From IMG/VR virus record IMGVR_UViG_3300037518_000308, positions 1-39,642 of that record: a stretch of DNA of 39,642 bases; one strand, 5' to 3'. Position 1 is the stretch's first letter, and each line of letters opens with the position of its first letter. Below the pieces are notes generated by a model. That model saw nothing but the letters and a program-made list of their open reading frames with translations. It made no database searches and was not told the origin of the DNA. Source of the DNA: a virus. Taxonomy: Duplodnaviria; Caudoviricetes. Positions 19,886 through 28,081 of the stretch are shown here, piece by piece. Position numbers and translations under genes: made by a program.

Positions 19886-21055
19886 ATGAAAGATTTTCCA
19901 ATATATGGAAACCCAGAATTAGAAGCTGTTGAACAAATGAAAGAAGTAATGAAGTATGGAGCTGTTGTCGGAGCTCTCATGGCAGATCATCACTTAGGAT
20001 ACTCAGTTCCAGTTGGCGGTGTTATTGCATTTGAAAATGCTGTGTGTGTCAATGGAGTCGGCTTTGATATTGCATGCGGAAATAAGGCTGTACTTGTTAA
20101 TGCTGATTCAAGTTCTGTTCGACAAAATATTTACCGTACAATGAATGAAGTTCAAAAACATATAAGTTTCGGAATAGGCAGGAAAAACAATGAAACCGTT
20201 TACCATGAATTATTCGAAGATCCGCTTTGGAGAGAACTTCCTTTACTCGCAAGACTCAAGGATAAGGCTATTAGTCAACTCGGAACGGTTGGTAGTGGTA
20301 ATCATTATGTTGATATTTTTCTTGATGAACAAGATAGAGTTTGGATTGGCTGCCATTTTGGTTCAAGGGGTTTTGGGCATACTATCTGCACTCATTTCAT
20401 TAAAGAAGCCGGTGGCAAAGATGGTATACACGCATCCCCTGTCATCCTTGACGAGAAATCAGATCTAGGAGAACAGTACATTAAGTGTATGGAACTAGCC
20501 GGTAGGTATGCTTATGCAGGTCGTGATTGGGTTTGTTCAAGAGTTGCTAGAATACTTAGGGCTGATATCTTGGAAGAAGTTCACAATCATCACAATTTTG
20601 CATGGAAAGAAAGGCACTTCGATAAAGATGTCTGGGTTGTCCGCAAGGGCGCTACACCAGCATATCCAGGCCAGAAGGGTTTTGTTGGTGGGTCCATGGG
20701 TGATTTCTCATATATTCTTGAAGGAGTTGATCACGAAGAATCTAAGAAGTGTCTTTACTCAACTATCCATGGAGCCGGTCGTGTCATGGGAAGAGCACAA
20801 GCTAAGGGCAAGATCCATAGAAAGACAGGTAAAGTTATTAAGGAAGGATGTATTAAGCGCGAAGATATGGACAAATGGGTTAAAGACTTTGATGTTGAGT
20901 TGCGCGGTGCTGGAGTTGATGAGTCCCCATTTTGTTATAAAAGAATCGAGCAAGTTTTGTTTGCCCATCGTGATACTGTCAAAATAATCCACAAACTTAA
21001 GCCGATTGGTGTATGCATGGCATCAGAGAATGAAGTTGATCCATACAAAGATTAA
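19886..21055 (+). CDS. rtcB: RtcB family RNA 2',3'-cyclic phosphate/3'-phosphate:5'-OH ligase (389 aa)
   Basis: Catalytic motifs present: GFDIACG, LGTVGSGNHY, HFGSRGFG, HNHHNF, RKGAT, GSMG, HGAGR, DESP..YK. AAGGA RBS supports ATG 19886 over TTG 19811. Confidence 0.96.
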   Translation: MKDFPIYGNPELEAVEQMKEVMKYGAVVGALMADHHLGYSVPVGGVIAFENAVCVNGVGFDIACGNKAVLVNADSSSVRQNIYRTMNEVQKHISFGIGRKNNETVYHELFEDPLWRELPLLARLKDKAISQLGTVGSGNHYVDIFLDEQDRVWIGCHFGSRGFGHTICTHFIKEAGGKDGIHASPVILDEKSDLGEQYIKCMELAGRYAYAGRDWVCSRVARILRADILEEVHNHHNFAWKERHFDKDVWVVRKGATPAYPGQKGFVGGSMGDFSYILEGVDHEESKKCLYSTIHGAGRVMGRAQAKGKIHRKTGKVIKEGCIKREDMDKWVKDFDVELRGAGVDESPFCYKRIEQVLFAHRDTVKIIHKLKPIGVCMASENEVDPYKD

Positions 21056-21066
21056 AGAACTAATCT

Positions 21067-21348
21067 TTAATTTTCCGGAGCTTTAGGCAAGAATGTCCAA
21101 TGAGTAACTTTTTCCATACTAGAATCATGGGATGTCCAGTTTCCATATCCATTTTTTAAAATTATTTCATCAGAAATATGCTCATCTAAAGCTATATCAT
21201 CTACTTCGAAATATCCAACATAAAAGCTTTCCCCATCCCATAATAGAACATCTATTGAGAATTCAAAGTCGATATCTCTTGGTGGTAGCGCTTCATCACA
21301 CTTGAACCACTCTGTTTCTTTTATAGTCCAGTTAGAGTAAGTTTTCAT
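21067..21348 (-). CDS. DUF551-like protein
   Basis: EWFKCDEALP...VLLWDG...VTHWTFLPKAP. Confidence 0.8.
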   Translation of the reverse strand: MKTYSNWTIKETEWFKCDEALPPRDIDFEFSIDVLLWDGESFYVGYFEVDDIALDEHISDEIILKNGYGNWTSHDSSMEKVTHWTFLPKAPEN

Positions 21349-21476
21349 AAGTTACCTGTTTTAAACGATTTTTCAACATCTCAAAAAAAGATTAAAAATA
21401 AAAGAAAAATATATACAATGAGAAAATTCTTTTACGTGATAAAGGGGGCTTGCGTGGTGGCTTACCCCCAAAAGAC

Positions 21477-22163
21477 CTAGATTAGTTCTTTTTTAAGACA
21501 ATGAATGTTCATGTTTGCAACTGTTACTAAGAACAAGATACCTAGAGTGTTCGGCGTCATATCCACAGAAACAGAGCTTGCATTGCGCAGCTTGACTACT
21601 TCATCTGCTATAACATCAACAATAACCTGGCCTGTTACTTGTAAAGTATCATCGCCTGGTGCTTGTGTATATCCGGAAATTGTTGTTCCTGGAATCAAGA
21701 TATCATTTTTCCATAAAGCAAAGCTAAATGAAGGAACGGGATCTGGTACTGGCTGTGCCACTTTCGCTTGTGCAGAGAAAGCAATACTATAAGTACCTGA
21801 TTTTAAGAACTTAACGGAACCATCAATTGCCATCATTGACAAGTCAAAATCAGCAGCAGTTACCGCGTTTTGAAATTGGAACTTGACAGCATCGGATAGA
21901 CCACCATTCGGCGATAGAGTTTGAGGAGGCTGCGCCCATATACTTGCATATGATTCGCAACAATCACAAATACCTTCTTCACAATCACAAATACCAGCAG
22001 GCCCTTGTAAGCCCTGAGGTCCTTGCATACCATCTTGTCCCGGTATCCCTTGAGCTCCTGGAACCCCTTGAATACCTTGCGGCCCCTGAAGTCCAGGTAT
22101 CCCTTGCGGGCCCTGTATACAACAGCAGCAGTCTCTTTTGTTTTCTTCACAATCTTTACACAT
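21477..22163 (-). CDS. Collagen-like protein with Cys-rich flanks and a BclA/C1q-like C-terminal domain
   Basis: 14 consecutive Gly-X-Y triplets between CCCC and CDCEEGICDCC; beta C-terminus with SGTYSI.F and V.LRN. AAGGA RBS favours start MCKDC (22163). Confidence 0.82.
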   Translation of the reverse strand: MCKDCEENKRDCCCCIQGPQGIPGLQGPQGIQGVPGAQGIPGQDGMQGPQGLQGPAGICDCEEGICDCCESYASIWAQPPQTLSPNGGLSDAVKFQFQNAVTAADFDLSMMAIDGSVKFLKSGTYSIAFSAQAKVAQPVPDPVPSFSFALWKNDILIPGTTISGYTQAPGDDTLQVTGQVIVDVIADEVVKLRNASSVSVDMTPNTLGILFLVTVANMNIHCLKKELI

Positions 22164-22320
22164 ATTTTTCCTTTGGTATGTGTTTAACATGGGGGCTGAA
22201 TATCAGCCTTACCAAGCTGACTGTACTGCGAAAGACGACTAATTTTAAAGATATTTCTTTACACATTTTCCTGGTAAATCGTAAAGAGTTAATCCGTTGA
22301 TGGTTCTAAAAAGATAATTT

Positions 22321-22617
22321 TTATTTTTTAGGTTCTGGCATTGGCATCCAATGTGTGATCAAAGATCTGTCGTAAGTACTCATGATCGGTTTACCATCAC
22401 TATTATAATCAATCCAAGTACATGTTTTGACCCTCTTTCCATCCGTAATAATAATTTGTGAATCTATTAAAAAAACGCCTGGAAATTCATCAATAGAAAT
22501 CCAACCATCTTCACCACCTTGAATGTGAATAACTTTTTTCTTATCCCAAAAGTGGTAAATATACACTATGATCGCAAACATAATTAAATTTAAAACTGTG
22601 CAAATCCAAACAAACAT
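22321..22617 (-). CDS. DUF551-like protein with an N-terminal transmembrane helix
   Basis: Hydrophobic N-terminus, then GWISIDEFP...ITHWMPMPEP. Confidence 0.75.
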   Translation of the reverse strand: MFVWICTVLNLIMFAIIVYIYHFWDKKKVIHIQGGEDGWISIDEFPGVFLIDSQIIITDGKRVKTCTWIDYNSDGKPIMSTYDRSLITHWMPMPEPKK

Positions 22618-22699
22618 TTTTTTCCCTGGTTTGTATCAACTTATCAAAAATAAATTATCAATCCAAGCATACAGCATCCACCAATATTTAACATTTTTG

Positions 22700-23659
22700 T
22701 TACGCCAAGCAGGCTCCGCAGAAGTCCTCCAATTTTTTAAAATAATTTTTTACAGATTCAATGAATGTTGGGCTTTCTACAGATAGAACTATAGACGGGC
22801 AATTAGCATTTGGTACAAACTCAATATGATTTTTACACACCCAGATCTTTGTTTCTGCGAAGTTCTTTCCATTTAGATGTTTCTTAGAATCCAGGTACTC
22901 TGTGTTTTTAACCACAACAGACTCTTGGCTAACTTTGTCTTTCCATGTATCAGCATTCTTAAGACAATGCAAGATCGCAGAGATGTCAGACTTGCGCGTA
23001 GACCACGTTAAAACCCTCTCTACAGCGATATCTATCTCAGATTGTGTGAAATCTTTGCTGATTCGTTTTTCTTCGCTAGGAGTCAAGTCTAAGCGTTTCA
23101 AGGATTCAATGATGGGTATTGGGACCTTTTCTTTATCTTTGGAAAGGACTACTACTTCCTTGGTTTTAGGAATAGTCTTAGTAGTAGTTTCTTTCTTCTT
23201 CGAAGAAGAAGTTTTATCAGTTCTTTGTTGCGTTGGGTTTACCTCCTCAGCTTCACCATAGCGGAAAACCCGTTTCGGATAAATTTTTTGAATTTCCTCA
23301 GTAGAAAGCTCTTCTTTTGAAAACAATTTCTCAACATCTTCATCAGAAAGATTAGATTCAATTTGTCTTGTATCATACAACTCCATGACAACTTTTTGGT
23401 ATTGTCCTTTGACCCTTGGTTGAGGTATTCGGATTAAATATCCAAGTTTGCACATGTGCTTAAATGCATTGCGATAAAAATCAATTCCATTAGTTGGGTA
23501 AAGACTTGCAAGGCCATGCGCACTTATTTCCCATCCCTCTCCTTTTGATATAAGCCTTAGATAAGTACCCATGTACTTGGAATCAAATTCCGTATCATTG
23601 ATTACTGAGTTGTTAACGATTGTGAAGTTTTGTGAAACTTTTGATCTTACGATTGACAT
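22700..23659 (-). CDS. HTH replication-initiator-like protein (Rep1)
   Basis: N-terminal NFTIVNN.VI.D......G.Y..L.S....W...L......G......F......GY is typical of phage/plasmid winged-helix initiators; low-complexity K/T linker; AAGGA RBS. Confidence 0.7.
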   Translation of the reverse strand: MSIVRSKVSQNFTIVNNSVINDTEFDSKYMGTYLRLISKGEGWEISAHGLASLYPTNGIDFYRNAFKHMCKLGYLIRIPQPRVKGQYQKVVMELYDTRQIESNLSDEDVEKLFSKEELSTEEIQKIYPKRVFRYGEAEEVNPTQQRTDKTSSSKKKETTTKTIPKTKEVVVLSKDKEKVPIPIIESLKRLDLTPSEEKRISKDFTQSEIDIAVERVLTWSTRKSDISAILHCLKNADTWKDKVSQESVVVKNTEYLDSKKHLNGKNFAETKIWVCKNHIEFVPNANCPSIVLSVESPTFIESVKNYFKKLEDFCGACLA

Positions 23660-23695
23660 GATCGAATCCTTGTTTTGTACAATGTTTTTTTAAGC

Positions 23696-23724
23696 TTGTA
23701 CTAAAGAAGGAGCCACGTTAGAAT
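23696..23724 (+). promoter_or_regulatory. Sigma70-type promoter antisense to the Rep1 leader
   Basis: TTGTAC (23696-23701), 17-nt spacer, TAGAAT (23719-23724). Confidence 0.55.
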
Positions 23725-23730
23725 AACACT

Positions 23731-23832
23731 ACAAGTATAGGTTATTCTTGTGTAGAACACTGGTTTTGTCTTCTAGTGAGTTCCTACCAAGTACAAGAGA
23801 GAGAGGTTTTTCGAGGTCTCTCTCTTTTTTTT
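23731..23832 (+). ncRNA. Putative ~100-nt antisense (countertranscript) RNA
   Basis: Bounded by the promoter above and the terminator below; no ORF noticed; complementary to the region upstream of Rep1. Confidence 0.4.
23795..23832 (+). terminator. Intrinsic terminator
   Basis: AAGAGAGAGA...TCTCTCTCTT stem running into a T tract. Confidence 0.65.
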
Positions 23833-23881
23833 ATGCCTTCATAATCTAATCTCTACCCAATCAAAAATCAAACATAATTTG

Positions 23882-23910
23882 TTGAGTTCATTAAATTGTA
23901 TGTGTATAAC
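23882..23910 (+). promoter_or_regulatory. Sigma70-type promoter for the 23932-24919 genes
   Basis: TTGAGT, 17-nt spacer, TATAAC, preceded by TGTG. Confidence 0.55.
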
Positions 23911-23931
23911 ATCCAAAAACACTGAGGATGT

Positions 23932-24108
23932 ATGCACGAAGATTTATGCGATACATGCGGCAAGATCTTTGTAGATTGCAAGTGTCCTTGTGAGTGCAAC
24001 GCTTGCTTAGAGTGTAGAATAAAGATGTATGGACAAAGAGGTGTAGTCGTCTTATCTCCTGGGTCGGACGTTGTAGAAGATATAATTTGTGAGGATAAGG
24101 ACACATGA
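23932..24108 (+). CDS. Small Cys-rich protein (58 aa, not in the ORF track)
   Basis: GAGGA RBS; MHEDLCDTCGKIFVDCKCPCECNACLECRIK...; ATGA overlap with the next gene. Confidence 0.7.
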   Translation: MHEDLCDTCGKIFVDCKCPCECNACLECRIKMYGQRGVVVLSPGSDVVEDIICEDKDT

Positions 24109-24386
24109 ACGAAGACATAAACGAAGAAGATAAAATGATATTTGAATGTTATCATTCTTTATTATCAAACATTGTAATTAAAGGAGCAGAGTTATCAACA
24201 AAAATTCCTACGGTAAAAATTGTAAGTTTTTATTCAACACTAGCAACACAGGTTCTTTCAATGGTTATTTCATTGACAATGAAGGGGACTGTTGTGAATA
24301 AAGATATCCATGAGCTTATAAATCTAATATCTAACAATGCAATCGAAAAAGCAATTGAATTAGCACAAGAAGAGGGTGATGTATGA
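24105..24386 (+). CDS. ~90-aa helical protein, family A copy 1
   Basis: AAGGA RBS; ATGA-coupled; similar to 24383-24652. Confidence 0.7.
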   Translation: MNEDINEEDKMIFECYHSLLSNIVIKGAELSTKIPTVKIVSFYSTLATQVLSMVISLTMKGTVVNKDIHELINLISNNAIEKAIELAQEEGDV

Positions 24387-24652
24387 ACGACGATCTTGTG
24401 ATTAATGAATATTTTCAGGGCTTAATGGAACAAATTTCAGACTCTGGAAAAGAATTACATCACAAAGTTTCAGAAGAAAGTTTAATAAATTTTTATGCAA
24501 CATTATCAAAAGAAATGCTTGCCTTGACAATTGCAATGATCATTAAGGGTACAACACTTCTACAAGCCCATCATGAAGACATACAACTCATAGTGACCTC
24601 AGCAATCGAACGAGCCATTGAACTTAAACAAAGATTAAAAGATGAACCTTAG
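24383..24652 (+). CDS. ~90-aa helical protein, family A copy 2
   Basis: Shares G.EL..K, FY.TL, KGT and AIE.AIEL with copy 1. Confidence 0.7.
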   Translation: MNDDLVINEYFQGLMEQISDSGKELHHKVSEESLINFYATLSKEMLALTIAMIIKGTTLLQAHHEDIQLIVTSAIERAIELKQRLKDEP

Positions 24653-24733
24653 TACTTACCAATAAGAAACCAAACAATCAATGGATAAATATTAACACTT
24701 GATATTACAAGCATAACCATATACAATACACCC

Positions 24734-24919
24734 ATGTCATTCTCATTTGAACCAATTGGTTACTTCTTACTAGCAATCATTACATACAGCACCATGTTCT
24801 TTGTAATATTCAACATAGTATGGCTAGTCAAAACATACGAAATATTTATTATCCCAGTCTTTGCATTACTCGTCTGGCACTTATGTACATCCAAAGTATC
24901 ATATAAAAATTATTATTGA
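24734..24919 (+). CDS. Possible small two-TM membrane protein
   Basis: Two hydrophobic stretches, but no clear RBS and it sits in a compositionally skewed region. Confidence 0.35.
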   Translation: MSFSFEPIGYFLLAIITYSTMFFVIFNIVWLVKTYEIFIIPVFALLVWHLCTSKVSYKNYY

Positions 24920-25464
24920 TTGTATATCATATATTAGATCACATGAGACTCAAATCATATTTGTGTATCACCCATGATACGTCAACAATATGGTACATAC
25001 ATTGACCATAAACATATTTCTTGATATCATAAAGCCATGAACAAATCAGTTCATTCCCAAAAATTCCAGAAAAATTTTTTCCAAAACTAAGAACCGAAAA
25101 ACAGAGAAGGGATGTACCCAGAAGTTGAGATTTGGGGTTAAAGGTGAGAGATACATATATATTAATGAGTATTGGGTAACGCTTCTATTAAGGAGGGTGG
25201 GGGTCCTAAGTTTCAAGTAGAGTCCCATGATCTTATCAAGTTAAATCTTTAATTATATACTTGTTGTAACACCACCAACCCGTAGCGTTACAACCAAGCA
25301 CTAGAAAGCACTAAGCACACACTCTAACACCTAGTCTCTAACCCTCTATCAAGGTAATGCTGGTTCCGGGCTGCTTGGCATCTGTATGCCGGGCTGCATG
25401 GAATTGACTACTAGTGTGTTTAACTGGTGTGTTTAGTGCTTAGCTAGGGTGTTAAGCTGGTGTG

Positions 25465-25881
25465 TTATTGCTCAGCTGGATTCTTAGACTTATTAAGTAC
25501 GAAATCAAATGCAGCCTTTGCAATATCCTGTGCATGTTGTTGGGCAGAGTCCTGCTCATAACCTCTTCCCTTGCCTATTGTTTTAAGCAAGAAGATTGAC
25601 AAGGTAGTATCACCTTTCTGAGCTCTATGCCAAGAGTGCTCTTCTAAGTCATCAAGGAGTCTCTCTCTTGCGTCAATTAGTGCTTTGTCTAGTTCCTCAT
25701 CTGCATCACATCTACGACGTATTGCATGCCTTGTAGTGCCTAGTTGATCAGCTACTCGAGATAGATTGCCGTTATGCAGCTTGATAAGCTCTATCAATTT
25801 TTCCTTGACAAGTGGGATACCAGGTTTTGGGCGTTTAGCCTTTTCACCTAGTTTTTTATCTTGTTTTGGAAATCCTGCCAT
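25465..25881 (-). CDS. terS: Terminase small subunit (HTH)
   Basis: HTH (GNLSRVADQLGTTRHAIRRR) followed by DDLEE......KGD....IFLLKT.GK.RGY, a TerS-type signature; AAGGA RBS. Confidence 0.72.
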   Translation of the reverse strand: MAGFPKQDKKLGEKAKRPKPGIPLVKEKLIELIKLHNGNLSRVADQLGTTRHAIRRRCDADEELDKALIDARERLLDDLEEHSWHRAQKGDTTLSIFLLKTIGKGRGYEQDSAQQHAQDIAKAAFDFVLNKSKNPAEQ

Positions 25882-25994
25882 GTAACTTGTTCCTTATATC
25901 TAGTTATCTAGTGCTTGTTACCTTGTACTAAGTACTTGGTGGCTAAGTTGCGGAGAGACTCCGCACCTCCGGTTCAAGACTGATTATAACGCCG

Positions 25995-26023
25995 ATCTTA
26001 AGTGACTAAAAATATCATGTCAA
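25995..26023 (-). promoter_or_regulatory. Leftward promoter upstream of terS
   Basis: Minus strand TTGACA (26023-26018), 17-nt spacer, TAAGAT (26000-25995); downstream hairpin TGCGGAG-AGA-CTCCGCA near 25949-25965. Confidence 0.6.
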
Positions 26024-26081
26024 GTCTTTTTTTTAATTGCACTGTGTTTACTGCATGATTACAATATTATTATGAAATGTG

Positions 26082-26110
26082 TTGCATGATATTATTGTGT
26101 TGTGTATACT
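26082..26110 (+). promoter_or_regulatory. Rightward early promoter
   Basis: TTGCAT, 17-nt spacer, TATACT, preceded by TGTG; heads the ardA operon. Confidence 0.65.
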
Positions 26111-26166
26111 GCTTGTTATTGCTTGATTATGTTGGGCATAACTTAAACTTAAATGAGAGATATAAA

Positions 26167-26412
26167 ATGGATCTAACAATAGAAGTAGCTGAGAGTATGC
26201 TAAAGAAGCTTCGAGATGGAAAGTTTGTAAATATTAAAACTAGATATCGCAAGTACTTGATATCTTTTCAAAAGAATATCGAAGAGTTTATTGTCGTTCG
26301 TAGTTCTTATGACGGTACAGACACATATTCTTTCGCATTAAATGATGATAACATTCTTGATTTTTTGATTGAGCATGCAGAGAGTTATTTTTGTGGGGGG
26401 CTAAATGTCTAA
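26167..26412 (+). CDS. Hypothetical early protein (81 aa, start MDLTIE)
   Basis: First ORF after the promoter; overlaps the ardA start. The longer ORF-track N-terminus runs over the promoter. Confidence 0.6.
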   Translation: MDLTIEVAESMLKKLRDGKFVNIKTRYRKYLISFQKNIEEFIVVRSSYDGTDTYSFALNDDNILDFLIEHAESYFCGGLNV

Positions 26413-26926
26413 TAAAATATATGTTGCGTGCTTAGCTAGTTATAATGCTGCTATACTGCATGGTGAATGGATTGAAGTAACAGAGGATAAAGAGGAAGTA
26501 ATGCAAGAAATAAATGCAATGCTTGCAAGATCTACAGAGCCCTACGCCGAAGAGTGGGCTATACATGATCATGAGGGGTTTGACGGTATTGATATATCCG
26601 AATCTCATGACATTGGAGAGCTTTGCAACTATGTTGCTGTGATCAATTCTTGTGAATATGACATTGAACTGATTGCGGGCGTCATGGACAACCTCGGGTG
26701 CAATATTGAGGATGCAATAAGCTACATTGAAGATCATTATCAAGGTGAGTTCCCCTCAGTGCTTGATTGGGCATATCATATTATTGAAGAGATGGGATAC
26801 TTAGACAATGTTCCTGAGCAGCTTATATACTATTTTGATTATAAGGCATATGCTAGAGATGCTGAAATACAAGACATATTTACCGTCCCATCCAAAGATG
26901 GGGTATATGTTTTGTTGAATAACTAA
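26405..26926 (+). CDS. ardA: Antirestriction protein ArdA (type I RM inhibitor, DNA mimic)
   Basis: KIYVACLASYN...LHGEWI, EEWAIHDHEGF, YQGEF, YYFDYKAYARD; highly acidic. Confidence 0.93.
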   Translation: MSNKIYVACLASYNAAILHGEWIEVTEDKEEVMQEINAMLARSTEPYAEEWAIHDHEGFDGIDISESHDIGELCNYVAVINSCEYDIELIAGVMDNLGCNIEDAISYIEDHYQGEFPSVLDWAYHIIEEMGYLDNVPEQLIYYFDYKAYARDAEIQDIFTVPSKDGVYVLLNN

Positions 26927-26988
26927 ATACTAATTGTCTACCGATTTATACAGAATTGGCAGAGTAGCTATGCAAACAGGAGACATAT

Positions 26989-27111
26989 ATGGATGAAAAC
27001 TATTGTTACGACGATCAATTTTCAAGTATTGAGGATCGTTTATGCGAAATATCAAAACAACTAAATGAAATTATTAGTCTATTAAAAGAAACAAGGTCCG
27101 AATATGAATGA
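26989..27111 (+). CDS. Small coiled-coil protein (40 aa, not in track)
   Basis: AGGAG RBS; MDENYCYDDQFSSIEDRLCEISKQLNEIISLLKE...; overlaps the next start. Confidence 0.55.
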   Translation: MDENYCYDDQFSSIEDRLCEISKQLNEIISLLKETRSEYE

Positions 27112-27331
27112 AACTAAGAATTGGTTTGTGCACGTTGAATGGGTGGTTGTCCTTGTCACATTACTTGGAGGGTTCTATCTACTTGATGGAAAAATAGAAC
27201 GTCAAGGACAAAGAACAGATAACCTTTATGCTATGTACTGTGATACTCAAAAAGAGATCGCTAACATAAGTCGAGAAAATGGAGATCGTTTCTACACACT
27301 TTTACAAGAGATACATAAAAATAAGGAATAA
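27104..27331 (+). CDS. Single-TM plus coiled-coil protein, family B1
   Basis: TM segment then Q..RTD.LY.M motif shared with 28561-28773. Confidence 0.7.
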   Translation: MNETKNWFVHVEWVVVLVTLLGGFYLLDGKIERQGQRTDNLYAMYCDTQKEIANISRENGDRFYTLLQEIHKNKE

Positions 27332-27333
27332 CA

Positions 27334-27504
27334 ATGGATGAATCAGGAATTACATTCAAACTATCTGAAAAATTAAAAATCAAATTTGAAAAAATTATGT
27401 CTGAACACAAACGCCCAACAAAAGAAGATTTAGACGAATTTTTTGAGCTTATTAATAAATTATCAATAGAAACACACAAAGAAGATAGTAAATATAGGAA
27501 ATAA
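27334..27504 (+). CDS. Small charged protein (56 aa, not in track)
   Basis: AAGGA RBS; MDESGITFKLSEKLKIKFEKIMSEHKRPTKEDLDEFF...; fills the gap exactly. Confidence 0.6.
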   Translation: MDESGITFKLSEKLKIKFEKIMSEHKRPTKEDLDEFFELINKLSIETHKEDSKYRK

Positions 27505-27506
27505 AA

Positions 27507-27701
27507 ATGGATGAGACCTGGAAACAAATATTAACGATAATCGTTGCTAACTTCGCAATTATTTGGTGGTTTAGAAAAGAATCAAGAGAGGATTGGAAGA
27601 TGATACACCAAGAAATGAAAGAATTTAAAGAGGCTGTCAGAATTGAAATGAAGGATTTTCACGAGAGGCTTCTTAAAATAGAAATGGAGAGAAATAAATG
27701 A
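27507..27701 (+). CDS. Single-TM plus coiled-coil protein, family B2 copy 1
   Basis: W.Q..T.IVANF...WWFRKESREDWKM...EMKDFHERLLKIEM. Confidence 0.75.
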   Translation: MDETWKQILTIIVANFAIIWWFRKESREDWKMIHQEMKEFKEAVRIEMKDFHERLLKIEMERNK

Positions 27702-27910
27702 ATGAAAGCTGGATACAATTATTTACAGTTATAGTAGCAAACTTTGGTGTAGTATGGTGGTTCCGCAAGGAATCGCGAGAAGATTGGAAGATGTGCACTG
27801 CAACAATCGAAGCAATAAGAGCCGAAACAAGAGAGTTTAGAGAAGACATTAGGTTAGAAATGAAAGATTTTCACGAAAGATTATTAAAAATTGAGATGGA
27901 TAGGAAGTAG
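27698..27910 (+). CDS. Single-TM plus coiled-coil protein, family B2 copy 2
   Basis: Tandem paralogue of 27507-27701 with an ATGA overlap. Confidence 0.75.
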   Translation: MNESWIQLFTVIVANFGVVWWFRKESREDWKMCTATIEAIRAETREFREDIRLEMKDFHERLLKIEMDRK

Positions 27911-27911
27911 T

Positions 27912-28055
27912 GTGATAGATTCTTTTGAATTTCGAATGGAAATCGTTGAGTTAATGGATTCTATTAAAAATGAGATGGACAGTGAAATAGACCGTCTTAG
28001 AGAAGAGATCAAAGAGCTTAGAGAAAGAGTTGTTGAGATAGAGAGGGGTAAATGA
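27912..28055 (+). CDS. Small coiled-coil protein (47 aa, GTG start, not in track)
   Basis: AGGA RBS; C-terminus EIKELRERVVEIERGK resembles the B2 C-terminus. Confidence 0.5.
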   Translation: MIDSFEFRMEIVELMDSIKNEMDSEIDRLREEIKELRERVVEIERGK

Positions 28056-28081
28056 AAATAGGATACCCAAAGGAAAATTAA

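Noticed and set aside
19768-19980. Long N-terminal extensions of 19561-19980 (-) and 19811-21055 (+), implying overlapping divergent genes
   Set aside because: RBS-supported starts at 19767 and 19886 leave an ordinary AT-rich divergent promoter gap.
23235-23285. Iterons inside Rep1
   Set aside because: Only a faint ~15-bp periodicity, too degenerate to call by eye.
25260-25465. CRISPR mini-array or tRNA
   Set aside because: The repeats are short, irregular and partly inverted with no spacer periodicity; no cloverleaf or T-loop consensus found here or elsewhere.
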